NCBI GenBank assembly: GCA_947494145.1
Contig: CANLTZ010000018.1
Location: 28,849-92,848, forward strand
Direction of reading: 5' to 3'
Origin: an uncultured Jannaschia sp.
Lineage (GTDB): Bacteria; Pseudomonadota; Alphaproteobacteria; Rhodobacterales; Rhodobacteraceae
DNA: 64,000 nt
The notes under the pieces were generated by a model. The model had not been told where the DNA came from, made no database searches, and saw only the letters and a program-made list of their open reading frames with translations. The first letter of the stretch is position 1. Each line of letters opens with the position of its first letter. Shown here in pieces: positions 1-10,622 of the stretch. The position numbers and the translations under genes are program-made.

Positions 1-287
<287 letters not shown>

Positions 288-290
288 GCC

Positions 291-1043
291 TTGGTCGGGG
301 TGGACCTATCGGGTCATGTGGCCCTTGTGACGGGCGCAAGTGCCGGCCTGGGGCGGCGCGCAGCCCTCGTGCTGGCCCAAGCCGGGGCCCGCGTGGTGGC
401 CGTGGCCCGGCGGCGCGAAGCATTGGAGAACTTGGCCGCCGAGGCACCCGCTGGTCACATCGCCCCCCTGCCCCAAGACCTGACCGACCGCGCGACCCTC
501 CCCGACTTGGCCGCCAGAGCCGCTTCCCCTTTCGGCGCACCCGACATCCTGGTCCACGCCGCGGGGGTCAACACGCGCGAGCCAGCCGATACCGTCACGC
601 CCGAAGGCTGGGACACCACGTTGGATCTGAACCTGCGGGTGCCGTTCTTCCTGTCCCAACACCTGATCACACCCATGAAGGCCAAGGGCTGGGGCCGCAT
701 CGTGACCTTTGCCTCGCTCCAGTCGCACCGCGCCTTTCCCGGCGGGTTAGCCTATGGCGCGTCCAAGGGCGGCGTGGCGCAATTGACCCGCGCCATGGCC
801 GAGGCCTGGTCGGCAGACGGCATCAACGTCAACGCCATCGGCCCGGGCTTCTTCCGCACGGAGCTGACCGCCGCCGTCTTCGCCGACCCGGAACGCGCCG
901 CGCGCAACGCCGCGCAGACCTGCATTGGCCGAAATGGCGAGCCGGAGGATATCGACGGCCCCCTACTCTTCCTTTGTTCTGAGGCTTGCGCCTATGTCAC
1001 GGGGCAAGTGCTGATGGTGGATGGGGGGTTCACGGCGAAATGA
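291..1043 (+). CDS. hpsO: SDR-family dehydrogenase, likely DHPS 2-dehydrogenase
   Basis: TGASAGLG Rossmann motif, YGASK catalytic motif; lies between hpsN and hpsP. Confidence 0.75.
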   Translation: MVGVDLSGHVALVTGASAGLGRRAALVLAQAGARVVAVARRREALENLAAEAPAGHIAPLPQDLTDRATLPDLAARAASPFGAPDILVHAAGVNTREPADTVTPEGWDTTLDLNLRVPFFLSQHLITPMKAKGWGRIVTFASLQSHRAFPGGLAYGASKGGVAQLTRAMAEAWSADGINVNAIGPGFFRTELTAAVFADPERAARNAAQTCIGRNGEPEDIDGPLLFLCSEACAYVTGQVLMVDGGFTAK

Positions 1044-2020
1044 AAGCTCTGGTTCAGACCGCGCCTCAGATGCTTGACTACCGCGATGTCCCCGACCCCG
1101 ACGTGCCGTCGGGCAGCCATCTGGTGCGCATTGACCGCTCCGGCATCTGCGGCTCGGACATGCATGCTTATCTGGGCCACGACCCGCGGCGACCCACGCC
1201 CCTGATCCTGGGGCACGAGGCTTCGGGCACCATCAACGGCGGCCCGCGCGATGGGGAGCGGGTGACGATCAACCCGCTTGTGGCCTGTGGTACCTGCGCA
1301 GCCTGCCTTGAGGGTCGTGACAACCTTTGCGCCGCCCGCCAGATCATCTCCATGCCGCCGCGCGAAGGGGCGTTTGCCCAGGCCGTGGCCATGCCGGATG
1401 CGAACCTCATCCCCCTGCCCGACCACCTGACCACCGCCCGCGCTGCCCTGGCCGAGCCCATCGCCTGCGGCTGGCATGCCGTCCGACTGGGCCGCGCTAT
1501 CGCGGGCCCACGTGCGCAGACCGGCCTGGTGATCGGCGGCGGTGCCATCGGCGTGGGCGCGGCCCTTTCGCTGCTGGCCCAAGGCACGCCCAACGTCACG
1601 CTGGTGGAACCCAACGACCTGCGCCGGACCTATCTGGCGCGCCAGGACCAATTCGCCCTGCGCCACCCGGACGATCTGGGCGATGCTCAATTCGACATCG
1701 TTGTGGACGGCGTCGGCATCGATACCACCCGCGCCACCGCATCTGCCCATGCAAGGCCTGGCGGCGTCATCCTGCATATTGGCCTGGGTGCCGGCACCGC
1801 CGGGTTGGATATCCGCCGCTGCACTCTGCAGGAGATTGCCTTCATCGGCACCTACACCTACACGGCGGACGATTTTCGCCGGACGGTCGACGCCATGGCC
1901 GACGGCCGTCTCGGCCCCCTGGACTGGACCGAGACCCGTCCCCTGGCCGACGGCGCCCAGGCCTTCGCCGATATCCGGGCCGGTCGCGTGGCCGCGCCCA
2001 AAATCATTCTGGAACCTTGA
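1040..2020 (+). CDS. hpsP: Zn-dependent alcohol dehydrogenase, likely DHPS dehydrogenase
   Basis: GICGSD, GHE and CxxCxxC..C zinc motifs, GGGAIG; ATGA overlap with the upstream gene. Confidence 0.75.
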   Translation: MKALVQTAPQMLDYRDVPDPDVPSGSHLVRIDRSGICGSDMHAYLGHDPRRPTPLILGHEASGTINGGPRDGERVTINPLVACGTCAACLEGRDNLCAARQIISMPPREGAFAQAVAMPDANLIPLPDHLTTARAALAEPIACGWHAVRLGRAIAGPRAQTGLVIGGGAIGVGAALSLLAQGTPNVTLVEPNDLRRTYLARQDQFALRHPDDLGDAQFDIVVDGVGIDTTRATASAHARPGGVILHIGLGAGTAGLDIRRCTLQEIAFIGTYTYTADDFRRTVDAMADGRLGPLDWTETRPLADGAQAFADIRAGRVAAPKIILEP

Positions 2021-2033
2021 GAGGAGCCCCCCA

Positions 2034-2324
2034 ATGTCCGAGATCCCCCACCTGCTGGTCCATGAGAAGGCCGACAATGTCGGCGTCGTCGTGGTGGAGG
2101 GCCTGACGGCTGGCACCGATATGCTGTGCTGCATCACCCATGACAATTCCACGTTCCGGTTGACCGCCAAAGCCGATGTACCCATCGGGCACAAGGTGGC
2201 GTTGACCGATCTGAAAACCGGGGACACAGCCATGAAATACGGCGAAGATATCGGCAAGATCATCGCCGATATCGGCCAGGGCGAACACGTCCACACCCAC
2301 AACTGCAAAACCAAGCGCTGGTAA
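2034..2324 (+). CDS. suyA: Sulfolactate sulfo-lyase alpha subunit (UxaA N-terminal SAF domain)
   Basis: DNVGV...IPIGHKVAL-like...KYGEDIG...HVHTHN SAF motif; GAGGAG RBS at 2021. Confidence 0.85.
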   Translation: MSEIPHLLVHEKADNVGVVVVEGLTAGTDMLCCITHDNSTFRLTAKADVPIGHKVALTDLKTGDTAMKYGEDIGKIIADIGQGEHVHTHNCKTKRW

Positions 2325-2336
2325 GGAGCCGCTTCG

Positions 2337-3515
2337 ATGTCGAAATACTCCAACATGACCTTCCATGGCTACCGGCGCGAAAATGGCCGCGTGGGCGTGC
2401 GCAACCACGTCCTGATCCTGCCGGTGGACGATATCTCCAACGCGGCCTGCGAAGCCGTGGCCAACAACGTCAAGGGCACGCTGGCCATCCCGCACGCCTA
2501 CGGGCGTTTGCAATTCGGCGAAGATCTGGAACTGCATTTCCGTACCATGATTGGCACCGGCGCCAACCCCAATGTGCACTCCGTGGTGGTGATCGGCATT
2601 GAGCCGGGTTGGACCAAGAAGATCGCCGATGGCATCCGCGAAACCGGCAAACAGGTGGCCGAATTCTCCATCGAGCAGAAGGGTGATTTCGAAACGATCC
2701 GGGCCGCATCCTGGGCGGCAAAGGATTTCGTCCACCAGGCGACTGAAATTCAGCGCGAGGAATGCTCGATCAAGGAGCTCTGGGTCTCAACCAAGTGCGG
2801 CGAGAGTGACACGACCACGGGCCTCGGCTCCTGCCCCACGGTGGGCAACATGTATGACAAGCTGCTGCCCGAGGGGATCACCGGTTTCTTTGGCGAAACC
2901 TCCGAGATCACGGGCGCCGAGCATATCTGCAAAGACCGCGCCGCGACGCCCGAAGTGGGTGAGCGTTGGTACGCCATGTGGAAAGCCTATCAGGACGACG
3001 TCATCTTCGCCCATCAGACCGATGACCTCAGCGACAGCCAGCCCACCAAGGGTAATATCGAAGGTGGCCTGACCACCATCGAAGAAAAGGCCCTGGGCAA
3101 CCTGGAAAAGATCGGGCGGACATCGACCTATATCGACATCCTGGAACCGGCTGAGATGCCCAAATCCGGTGACGGCCTCTATTTCATGGACTCGTCTTCG
3201 GCCGCCGCCGAATGCGTGACCCTGATGGCCGCAGGCGGCGCCGTCGTCCACACCTTCCCCACCGGGCAAGGCAATGTGGTAGGCAACCCCATCGTGCCGG
3301 TCATCAAGATCACCGCAAACCCGCGCACCGTGCGCACCATGAGTGAGCATGTGGATGTGGACGTCTCGGGCATCCTGCGCCGTGAGCAGACCATCGACGA
3401 AGCCGGCGACGCGCTGATCGACATGATCCGCCGCACCGCCAATGGCCGCAACACCGCGGCGGAGGCTTTGGGCCACCGCGAATTCTCCATGACCAAGCTC
3501 TATCGCAGCGCGTAA
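2337..3515 (+). CDS. suyB: Sulfolactate sulfo-lyase beta subunit (UxaA/GarD family)
   Basis: [37 protein letters not shown] motifs; split UxaA pair next to hpsNOP. Confidence 0.85.
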   Translation: MSKYSNMTFHGYRRENGRVGVRNHVLILPVDDISNAACEAVANNVKGTLAIPHAYGRLQFGEDLELHFRTMIGTGANPNVHSVVVIGIEPGWTKKIADGIRETGKQVAEFSIEQKGDFETIRAASWAAKDFVHQATEIQREECSIKELWVSTKCGESDTTTGLGSCPTVGNMYDKLLPEGITGFFGETSEITGAEHICKDRAATPEVGERWYAMWKAYQDDVIFAHQTDDLSDSQPTKGNIEGGLTTIEEKALGNLEKIGRTSTYIDILEPAEMPKSGDGLYFMDSSSAAAECVTLMAAGGAVVHTFPTGQGNVVGNPIVPVIKITANPRTVRTMSEHVDVDVSGILRREQTIDEAGDALIDMIRRTANGRNTAAEALGHREFSMTKLYRSA

Positions 3516-3573
3516 AGCGCGGATCTATCTCGGCGGCCCGGCTTGGTCGGGCCGCCAATGGCAGGACGTTCCC

Positions 3574-4581
3574 ATGACAGATGTCGAGACGATCGGCTTG
3601 GCCGAGGCCACCGACTTGATCCGCGCCGCTCTGGCGGCCCAAGGCGCGTCCGAGGCCGCCGCGGTGGCGACCGCCCGCGCATTGGTCGCAGCCGAAGCCG
3701 AAGGCCAGACGGGCCACGGGTTCAGCCGGGTCGAGGATTACGCCGCCCAGGCCCGCAGCGGCAAGGTCGTGCCCGATGCCATTCCGCAGATCACCCGCCC
3801 TTTCCCTGCATCGATCCATGTGGATGCCGGGCACGGCTTCGCCTATCCGGCCCTCGACGCCGCGTTGGAAGTAGGCTTGCCCGCCGCGCGCGAGATGGGG
3901 ATCGCCATCATGACGGTGACCCGCTCCCACCATTGCGGTGCGCTGTCGGTCCAGGTGGACCGCATCGCGCAGGCCGGGCTGATCGGGTTGATGGTCGCCA
4001 ACGCACCCAAGGCCATCGCGCCCTGGGGCGGAGCCGAGGCGCTGTTCGGCACCAACCCCATCGCATTTTCCGTTCCGCGCGCGGATGCAGACCCGCTTAT
4101 TGTTGACCTATCCTTGTCGGTGGTGGCCCGCGGCAAGGTTATGAACGCCGCAAAGTCCGGCAAACCCATCCCCGAAGGTTGGGCGCTAGACGCCGATGGC
4201 AATCCGACCACAGACGCCAAGGCCGCCCTGGCAGGCACCATGCTGCCCATGGGCGGTCCGAAGGGCACGGCACTGGCGCTTATGGTCGAAGTGCTCTCCG
4301 CCCTGCTGACCGGCGCGCAGCGCTCGTCGGAGGCATCGTCCTTTTTCGCCGCAGATGGCCCGCCTCCGGGCGTGGGTCAGACCCTGCTGGCCATCCGCCC
4401 CGGCGCCGACGTGGATTTCGCCGCCCGGCTAGAGGCCCTTCTGACCGACATTACCGACATGCCCGGCACCCGCCTACCCGGCGCACGACGCGCTGAAGCG
4501 CTGGCCCACGCGGCCCGTGACGGCATCTCCGTCCCGGCCCACTACCTCGCCGCCACCCGCCGCCTGGCCCAGGGCGCCTAA
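3574..4581 (+). CDS. comC: Ldh_2 (malate/L-lactate/sulfolactate dehydrogenase) family protein, ComC-like
   Basis: GHGFSR, HHCGAL, GTNPIAF, GGPKG motifs; context suggests sulfolactate dehydrogenase. Confidence 0.65.
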   Translation: MTDVETIGLAEATDLIRAALAAQGASEAAAVATARALVAAEAEGQTGHGFSRVEDYAAQARSGKVVPDAIPQITRPFPASIHVDAGHGFAYPALDAALEVGLPAAREMGIAIMTVTRSHHCGALSVQVDRIAQAGLIGLMVANAPKAIAPWGGAEALFGTNPIAFSVPRADADPLIVDLSLSVVARGKVMNAAKSGKPIPEGWALDADGNPTTDAKAALAGTMLPMGGPKGTALALMVEVLSALLTGAQRSSEASSFFAADGPPPGVGQTLLAIRPGADVDFAARLEALLTDITDMPGTRLPGARRAEALAHAARDGISVPAHYLAATRRLAQGA

Positions 4582-4665
4582 GGCCCCCTTGCGGCGTCTG
4601 TCCGGCCCGACGATCATAGCGCCAGGCAGGCGGCGACGCCCACAGATCGATGTATCGGAGAGCAC

Positions 4666-6195
4666 ATGTTGGACGGCAAATTCATTCCAAGCGGCAAGCA
4701 CCTCATCGCTGGCAACTGGGTCGCGACCGAAGGCACTTTCCGCTCATCACCCAGCACGGGCGAGGCCCATGAATTTAGCCTTGGCAATGCGTCCCACGTA
4801 GATCAGGCCTGCCAGGCGGCCGAAAATGCCTTCCAGGATTTTGCTGGCACCAGCCGTGCGACGCGCGCCGACTTTTTGGATACGATTGCCACGGAAATCG
4901 AGGTCCGCGGCCCCGCCATCACGCAGATCGGCGTCGAGGAATCCGGTCTGCCAGAGGCCCGCCTGACGGGGGAGCGTGGGCGCACGACCATGCAGCTTCG
5001 ACTTTTCGCCACGCATATCCGCGACGGCGCCTATCTTGACCGCCGCCATGATAGCGCCCTGCCGGACCGTGCGCCCTTGCCGCGCCCAGACCTCAAGATG
5101 GTTCAGCGCCCCATCGGTCCGGTCGCGGTCTTTGGCGCGTCGAACTTCCCGCTGGCCTTTTCGACCGCGGGCGGCGACACGGCCTCGGCCCTCGCGGCGG
5201 GCTGCCCCGTCGTGGTCAAGGGCCACCCTGCCCATCCGGGCACCGGCGAAATCGTGGCCGAAGCCATTCACGCCGCGATCCAGTCCATGGGCCTGCCAGT
5301 CGGCGTCTTTTCCTTCATCCAGGATGCAGGCCACGAAGTGGGCGTGGCGCTTGTTCAGCATCCGATGATCAAAGCCGTGGGGTTCACCGGCTCCCTTCGT
5401 GGCGGGCGGGCGCTGTTTGATCTGTGTGCACGGCGCGCGGAACCCATTCCCTTCTTCGGTGAATTGGGCTCGGTCAATCCTATGTTCTTGATGCCAAAGG
5501 CCATTGCGGCCCGCGCCCAGGCCATCGGGGCGGGATGGATTGGCTCTCTCACCATGGGGGCCGGCCAGTTTTGCACCAATCCGGGCATCGCCGTCGCCTT
5601 GGAGGGGGCCGACGGTGACGCCTTTGTCGCTGCGGCGCGCGCAGCACTGGCGGACGTGCCAGAGCAGACCATGCTCACCGACGGCATTGCAGAGGCCTAT
5701 CGCAGCGGCCAAGCCCGGGTTCAAGCGGCAAACGGCGTGCAGGAACTGCTGGGGCGCGCCGCAAGCGACCGCCAGGTCGGCGCTCATCTCTATGAAGTGA
5801 GCGCCGAGGTCTTCTTGCAGAACCCGCACCTCGCCGAAGAAGTCTTTGGCCCCCTGGGTCTGATCGTGCGCGCCCGGGATCTGGACGACATGGCCGCCAT
5901 CGCCCGCAGCCTAGAGGGCCAGTTGACCTGCACTTTGCATATGGATGACGCCGATACCGAGGCGGCGCGCAGGCTGATGCCGGTGCTTGAACGGAAGGCC
6001 GGGCGGCTATTGGTAAACGGGTTTCCAACAGGTGTGGAAGTGGCCGATGCCATGGTCCATGGGGGGCCCTATCCAGCCTCTACCAATTTCGGGGCGACGA
6101 GCGTCGGGACGATGGCCGTTCGGCGCTTCCTGCGGCCGGTTTGCTATCAAAACGTACCGGACGCGCTTTTGCCAGACGATCTGCAAACACTTTAG
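4666..6195 (+). CDS. NADP-dependent aldehyde dehydrogenase, alpha-ketoglutarate semialdehyde dehydrogenase type
   Basis: VFGASNFPLAFSTAGGDTASALAAGCPV, FTGS, ELGSVNP, GQFCTNPG, HGGPYPAS. Confidence 0.8.
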   Translation: MLDGKFIPSGKHLIAGNWVATEGTFRSSPSTGEAHEFSLGNASHVDQACQAAENAFQDFAGTSRATRADFLDTIATEIEVRGPAITQIGVEESGLPEARLTGERGRTTMQLRLFATHIRDGAYLDRRHDSALPDRAPLPRPDLKMVQRPIGPVAVFGASNFPLAFSTAGGDTASALAAGCPVVVKGHPAHPGTGEIVAEAIHAAIQSMGLPVGVFSFIQDAGHEVGVALVQHPMIKAVGFTGSLRGGRALFDLCARRAEPIPFFGELGSVNPMFLMPKAIAARAQAIGAGWIGSLTMGAGQFCTNPGIAVALEGADGDAFVAAARAALADVPEQTMLTDGIAEAYRSGQARVQAANGVQELLGRAASDRQVGAHLYEVSAEVFLQNPHLAEEVFGPLGLIVRARDLDDMAAIARSLEGQLTCTLHMDDADTEAARRLMPVLERKAGRLLVNGFPTGVEVADAMVHGGPYPASTNFGATSVGTMAVRRFLRPVCYQNVPDALLPDDLQTL

Positions 6196-6230
6196 GCAGA
6201 TCAGACGCGGCGCGTGGGACACAGGTCGGA

Positions 6231-6292
6231 GGGGGCTCTGCCCCCGCTCCGGCAAGCCGGAGCCCCCCGGGATATTTTTGCCAGGAAGAAAG
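6231..6292. repeat. REP-like palindromic intergenic unit
   Basis: Adjacent hairpins GGGGG-CTCTG-CCCCC and GCTCCGG-CAAG-CCGGAGC followed by CCCCCGGGATATTTTTGCCAGGAAGAAAG, between convergent genes; resembles intergenic repeats of Rhodobacteraceae (recollection, not searched). Confidence 0.45.
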
Positions 6293-6333
6293 CCGTTTCC
6301 CTTTCGGCATTCGCAGACAAGTCTGTCTCTCCG

Positions 6334-7131
6334 TCAGTCTTCATGGATGCGATCTCCGGCGAAGGCACCGCCTTGGTAGATCGCGCTCACGTCATCGGGT
6401 GCGGGCGGGACCATTTCAGAGTCGAGTTTCGCGCGGAAGGTCTCTGCATTGTCTTTCGGGCGCCAGCCCAGATATGAAACCGCGCTGTTATCCCACCAGG
6501 CAGTGTCATTGTCGGACACCCCATAAATCACTGGGCAGCCGAGCCTCGGAACCCGAAAAACGCATTCGATCAGCGAGATGAAATCGCCGGGACTGAGCCA
6601 TGTGGATAGCATCCTGTGATCCAGCGGCTCTGGAAAGCATGAGCCGATCCGCAGGCGCGCGGTCTCGATCCCGAACTTGTCATGATACATGGAGGCAATT
6701 GCTTCGCCAAAGACCTTGGAGACACCGTATAGCCCGTCCGGGCGCGGCACGGCATCGGCGCCAATGCGGTCCGTCTGCTCATAGAATCCGATGGCATGGT
6801 TCGAGCTGGCAAAGACGATACGCGGCGTCACCGGCGACCTACGGGCAGCTTCATACAGGTTCACCAGGCCGTCCACATTGGCGGCGCGGATAACGGGCCA
6901 AGGGGCTTCACCGGATTGACCGCCCAGATGAACGATCCCGTCGCAGCCGGAAACGAGATCGGCGACGGCGTGTTTATCGGCCAGATCGGCGTAGCGGACT
7001 TCTTCGTTGAGCGCCGCTTCGCCCAGACCATCCAGGGCAGAGAGCACGATCGTATCGGCCAAGTGGGCAAGGCGATTTCGGCAGAGCGTGCCAAGGCCAC
7101 CGGCCGCGCCGGTGATGAGAAGGCGTTTCAT
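6334..7131 (-). CDS. udh: Uronate dehydrogenase-like NAD-dependent epimerase/dehydratase family protein
   Basis: MKRLLITGAAGGLG, FASSNHAIGFY, RPDGLYGVSKVFGE, RIGSCFPEP, RMLSTWLS motifs. Confidence 0.75.
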   Translation of the reverse strand: MKRLLITGAAGGLGTLCRNRLAHLADTIVLSALDGLGEAALNEEVRYADLADKHAVADLVSGCDGIVHLGGQSGEAPWPVIRAANVDGLVNLYEAARRSPVTPRIVFASSNHAIGFYEQTDRIGADAVPRPDGLYGVSKVFGEAIASMYHDKFGIETARLRIGSCFPEPLDHRMLSTWLSPGDFISLIECVFRVPRLGCPVIYGVSDNDTAWWDNSAVSYLGWRPKDNAETFRAKLDSEMVPPAPDDVSAIYQGGAFAGDRIHED

Positions 7132-7180
7132 GACGACCCTGTTGTTACTGATACCATGGTGTTTTTCGCATGACCGGGGA

Positions 7181-8050
7181 TCATCCGGCGAATGGCACTT
7201 GCGGCACGCCCCGATAGCCCAGGCCAGAAATCGCGTGCAGGCTGCCCGCTTCGGGTTGGCCGGTGGGATCGTCGACCCCAAGGGAGGTGAAGTAGAGGAT
7301 GTCCAAATCGCCGCCCCCGAACATGGGCTTTGACGGTTTTTCGACGGGGACGTCGATGGTGTGCAAAATGTCCCCCTCGGGGCTCCAACGGTAGAGTTGC
7401 CAGCCCTCGATTCCAGCCTGCCAATAGCAGCCCTCCGCATCGACGGTGCCACCATCGGGGCGGCCCGGCAGCCCGTTGGTATCTTTGAATATCTTGGCCT
7501 CACCTGGCGTGCCCGAAGCGCCATCATAGGGTGCGGTCCAGATGGTGCGGATCGGGGCTTTGCTGTCGGAGAAGTACATGCGGGTGCCATCGGGCGTGAA
7601 GGCGAGGCCGTTGGCGGTATAAATCCCATCGCGCCAAAGGGTCACCTGGCCATCGGGGTCAAGGCGGTAGAAGGCGCCTGCGGCTTCGGGCTGGCCGCCT
7701 TCTTTCATGGACCCGGCCCAGAAACGCCCCTGTCGGTCGGTGGTCCCATCGTTAAAACGATTGTCAGGCAGATGGGCTTCGGGATCGTGGATCGCTTCGC
7801 GCGCGCCGGTGTCGGGATCGAACGTCCAAAACCCTGATTTTGTAGCCAAAACCAGGCCGCGCCCGACACGGGGGGCCAGGCAGCCCACGGGTTCAAACCA
7901 GTCGTGGCAGCGGTTTTCACCCGTCCTGGGATCAAAGGCGAAGATCAGACCTGCCGGGATATCGCACCACCACAGAAGGCCGGTGCGGTCGTCCCAGACG
8001 GCGCCTTCCCCAACCTTCGAGCGTGTTGCTGCGACGCAGTCTATCTTCAT
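7181..8050 (-). CDS. SMP-30/gluconolactonase family lactonase
   Basis: GEGAVWD, NRFNDG..DRQGRFW.G, ANGLAF, PDGGTVDAEG motifs. Confidence 0.85.
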   Translation of the reverse strand: MKIDCVAATRSKVGEGAVWDDRTGLLWWCDIPAGLIFAFDPRTGENRCHDWFEPVGCLAPRVGRGLVLATKSGFWTFDPDTGAREAIHDPEAHLPDNRFNDGTTDRQGRFWAGSMKEGGQPEAAGAFYRLDPDGQVTLWRDGIYTANGLAFTPDGTRMYFSDSKAPIRTIWTAPYDGASGTPGEAKIFKDTNGLPGRPDGGTVDAEGCYWQAGIEGWQLYRWSPEGDILHTIDVPVEKPSKPMFGGGDLDILYFTSLGVDDPTGQPEAGSLHAISGLGYRGVPQVPFAG

Positions 8051-8215
8051 GTGCCCCCCATATTGCCGCAACGATACTCGGCCAGCAGGCGCAAAACCAG
8101 CGGGTGAGGTCCACGGGCTGAGGCATCCATGCCGGAGAGTATTCTTTCGGTCCTGCCTTCCGCGACGGTGGCTCGGCGGGTTATGGGGTCCGCGCCCGAC
8201 CTTCGGAGAGCCCCC

Positions 8216-9478
8216 TTGTCCAATACGTCCCCCAAGACCCGCATCGCTGATATTCGCATCACGCCCATTGCCTTTTACGACCCACCGCTTCTGAACAATG
8301 CCGGGTGTCACCAACCCTTTGCGCTACGCTCCGTCATCGAAGTGGAGACCGAAGGGGGCGTGATTGGCTTGGGCGAAAGTTACGGCAATCGCGGGGTCAT
8401 CGATGGCGTTGAGGCGGTGGCGACCGCGCTGCGCGGGCTTGATGTAACCGACATTCATGGGTTGGCGGCACGGGTGAAGGCGTCGGTGCCCGAACAGGTC
8501 GAGGGCTACAATACGGGCGCAGGCAGCCGGAACCTCCGGGTATGCGGCGCCATCGAAGTAGCGATGTGGGATGCGCTTGGCAAAACGACGGGGCACCGCG
8601 TCTGCGACCTGCTGGGGGGCCATGTGCGGGCACACGTGCCTTTTTCGGCCTATCTGTTCTACAAGTTCGGCCAGCATCCCCATGAAGGCGCGCCTGATGC
8701 TTGGGGCGAAGTCCTGACGCCCGAGCAGTTGGTGGCGGAAGCGCATCGGTTCCGCGAACTGGGTGGCTTTGAGGCAATCAAGCTGAAGGGAGGCATCTTG
8801 CCGCCCGAAGATGAAATCGCGGGGTTGGAGGCGTTGCGCGCGGCTTTCCCCGACGCCCCGCTGCGCATCGACCCCAATGGCGGCTGGACGGTCGAGACGA
8901 CGCTGAAACTGCTGCCACGATTGGAAGGGTTGATCGAGTATCTGGAAGACCCCTGTGTGGGGATCGAAGCCAACGCCCAGGTGCAAGCCAAGACGCATAT
9001 CCCTTTGGCGACAAACATGTATGTCGTGCAGCCTGCCCATGTTGCGCCTGCCATCCGGCAGCACGCGTTCCGCGTCATCCTGTCGGATCACCACTATTGG
9101 GGCGGTTTGCAGGCCAGCCGGACCCTTGCGGCCACCTGCGCGATCTGGGGGCTGGGTCTGTCGATGCACTCCAACTCTCACCTGGGGATTTCGCTCGCTG
9201 CCATGACCCATCTGGCGGCGGCCACACCCAATCTGACCTATGATTGCGACACCCATTACCCCTGGCAAACGGATGACGTGATCGAAGGTGGGCGGTTCAC
9301 CTTCCAAGGCGGCGGGCTGACCGTACCAGAGGGGCCAGGACTTGGCGTGACGCTAGACCGCGCGGCCTTGGCACGGTTGCACCAGAATTACCTCGATTGC
9401 GGCTACACCGCGCGCGATGATGAGACAGAGATGCGCAAGCATTGGACGGATTGGACGTTTCAGCGCCCTCGGTTCTGA
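8216..9478 (+). CDS. Glucarate dehydratase-related enolase-superfamily protein
   Basis: FSAYLFYK, KLKGG, RIDPNGGW, EYLEDP, ATNM, SMHSNSHLGISL, DTHYPW; TTG start chosen from the GGAGAG RBS (ORF track starts at 8129). Confidence 0.8.
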   Translation: MSNTSPKTRIADIRITPIAFYDPPLLNNAGCHQPFALRSVIEVETEGGVIGLGESYGNRGVIDGVEAVATALRGLDVTDIHGLAARVKASVPEQVEGYNTGAGSRNLRVCGAIEVAMWDALGKTTGHRVCDLLGGHVRAHVPFSAYLFYKFGQHPHEGAPDAWGEVLTPEQLVAEAHRFRELGGFEAIKLKGGILPPEDEIAGLEALRAAFPDAPLRIDPNGGWTVETTLKLLPRLEGLIEYLEDPCVGIEANAQVQAKTHIPLATNMYVVQPAHVAPAIRQHAFRVILSDHHYWGGLQASRTLAATCAIWGLGLSMHSNSHLGISLAAMTHLAAATPNLTYDCDTHYPWQTDDVIEGGRFTFQGGGLTVPEGPGLGVTLDRAALARLHQNYLDCGYTARDDETEMRKHWTDWTFQRPRF

Positions 9479-9581
9479 CACGCGCGATTTCCAGTTGCTT
9501 TTTTGGCGCGCGCAAAGAACAGTGTAAATCAACGTAAATATCGTGCGCGCTTGAACAGGCGCCAGGGAATTCGACTTCGCA

Positions 9582-10613
9582 ATGTCCGAGACTAAGATCA
9601 GGAACATGCAGGACTTCGCGGATGCCAGCGGCATTTCGCGTCCGACCGTGTCAAAGTATTTCCACGACCCCGACAGCGTGCGGCCGACGACGCGTGCCCG
9701 CATCGAAGCGGCGTTGGAGCGCTACGATTACCGGCCCAACATCTTTGCCATGAACCAGAACCGGAAGCTGACCAAGAATGTGGGCATCGTGGTGCCCTAT
9801 CTGGCAGACCCGTTCTTTGCCGAACTCGTCCGCGTGATCGAGCGGCGCTGCATCAATGCAGGGTTTTCGCCGTCGCTTTTCAGCTCCCACGGGGAGCCGG
9901 CGCTTGAATGCGATATCCTTGACACATTGCGGTCACTGAAACCCGCGGGCGTGCTGCTGGCCCCCCTTGGACGCGGGTCTGACAAAGGGGCGATCGAGCG
10001 CTTTGCGAGGGATGTGCCCACCGTGTTGTTCGACAGCAATATAGAAGGGTTAGGGGCGGCCTTTGTCGGCTCGGATAACTTTAGCTTCGTCTCGCAAACT
10101 GTTGAATATCTGTCGCGAACGGGGGAAACGCCCTGCTTTTTTGAGATGCGCAACCCCGCGAACCCGAACGCCAACAAGCGCCGGAATGCCTATTTTGCAA
10201 CGATGGAGCGTCTTGGACTTTCACCCAATGTGGTGGCCATCGACGGCACGGGTTGGGAGTTTGAGGAAATTGGACGCCAAGGAGCACTTCAAGCCATCGA
10301 ACAAGGCACCCTGCCGTCGTCGACGGTACTATGCAGCAATGACCGCCTGGCCATCGGCTTTTTGTCAGCCTGCTACGAAAAGGGCGTTCGGGTTGGACGC
10401 GAGGCCGAGTGCGACATGCGCGTCGCATCCCATGACGACCACCCGTTTTCGCGCTTTACCTGCCCATCGCTCACGACCGCAGCCCACGACTACACTGCTG
10501 TCTCCGACTACGCGGTCGAGACGCTCTTTCGGTTGATCGAGGGGGGCCGCGCCTCTGGCGACCGGCCCGAGACGCTCTTTCCAGCCCGGTTGATCATGCG
10601 GGACTCTGCCTGA
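9582..10613 (+). CDS. LacI-family transcriptional regulator
   Basis: N-terminal HTH SGISRPTVSK, YRPNIFA hinge, periplasmic-binding-like C-domain; upstream of the polyol operon. Confidence 0.9.
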   Translation: MSETKIRNMQDFADASGISRPTVSKYFHDPDSVRPTTRARIEAALERYDYRPNIFAMNQNRKLTKNVGIVVPYLADPFFAELVRVIERRCINAGFSPSLFSSHGEPALECDILDTLRSLKPAGVLLAPLGRGSDKGAIERFARDVPTVLFDSNIEGLGAAFVGSDNFSFVSQTVEYLSRTGETPCFFEMRNPANPNANKRRNAYFATMERLGLSPNVVAIDGTGWEFEEIGRQGALQAIEQGTLPSSTVLCSNDRLAIGFLSACYEKGVRVGREAECDMRVASHDDHPFSRFTCPSLTTAAHDYTAVSDYAVETLFRLIEGGRASGDRPETLFPARLIMRDSA

Positions 10614-10622
10614 CATCTTGGT

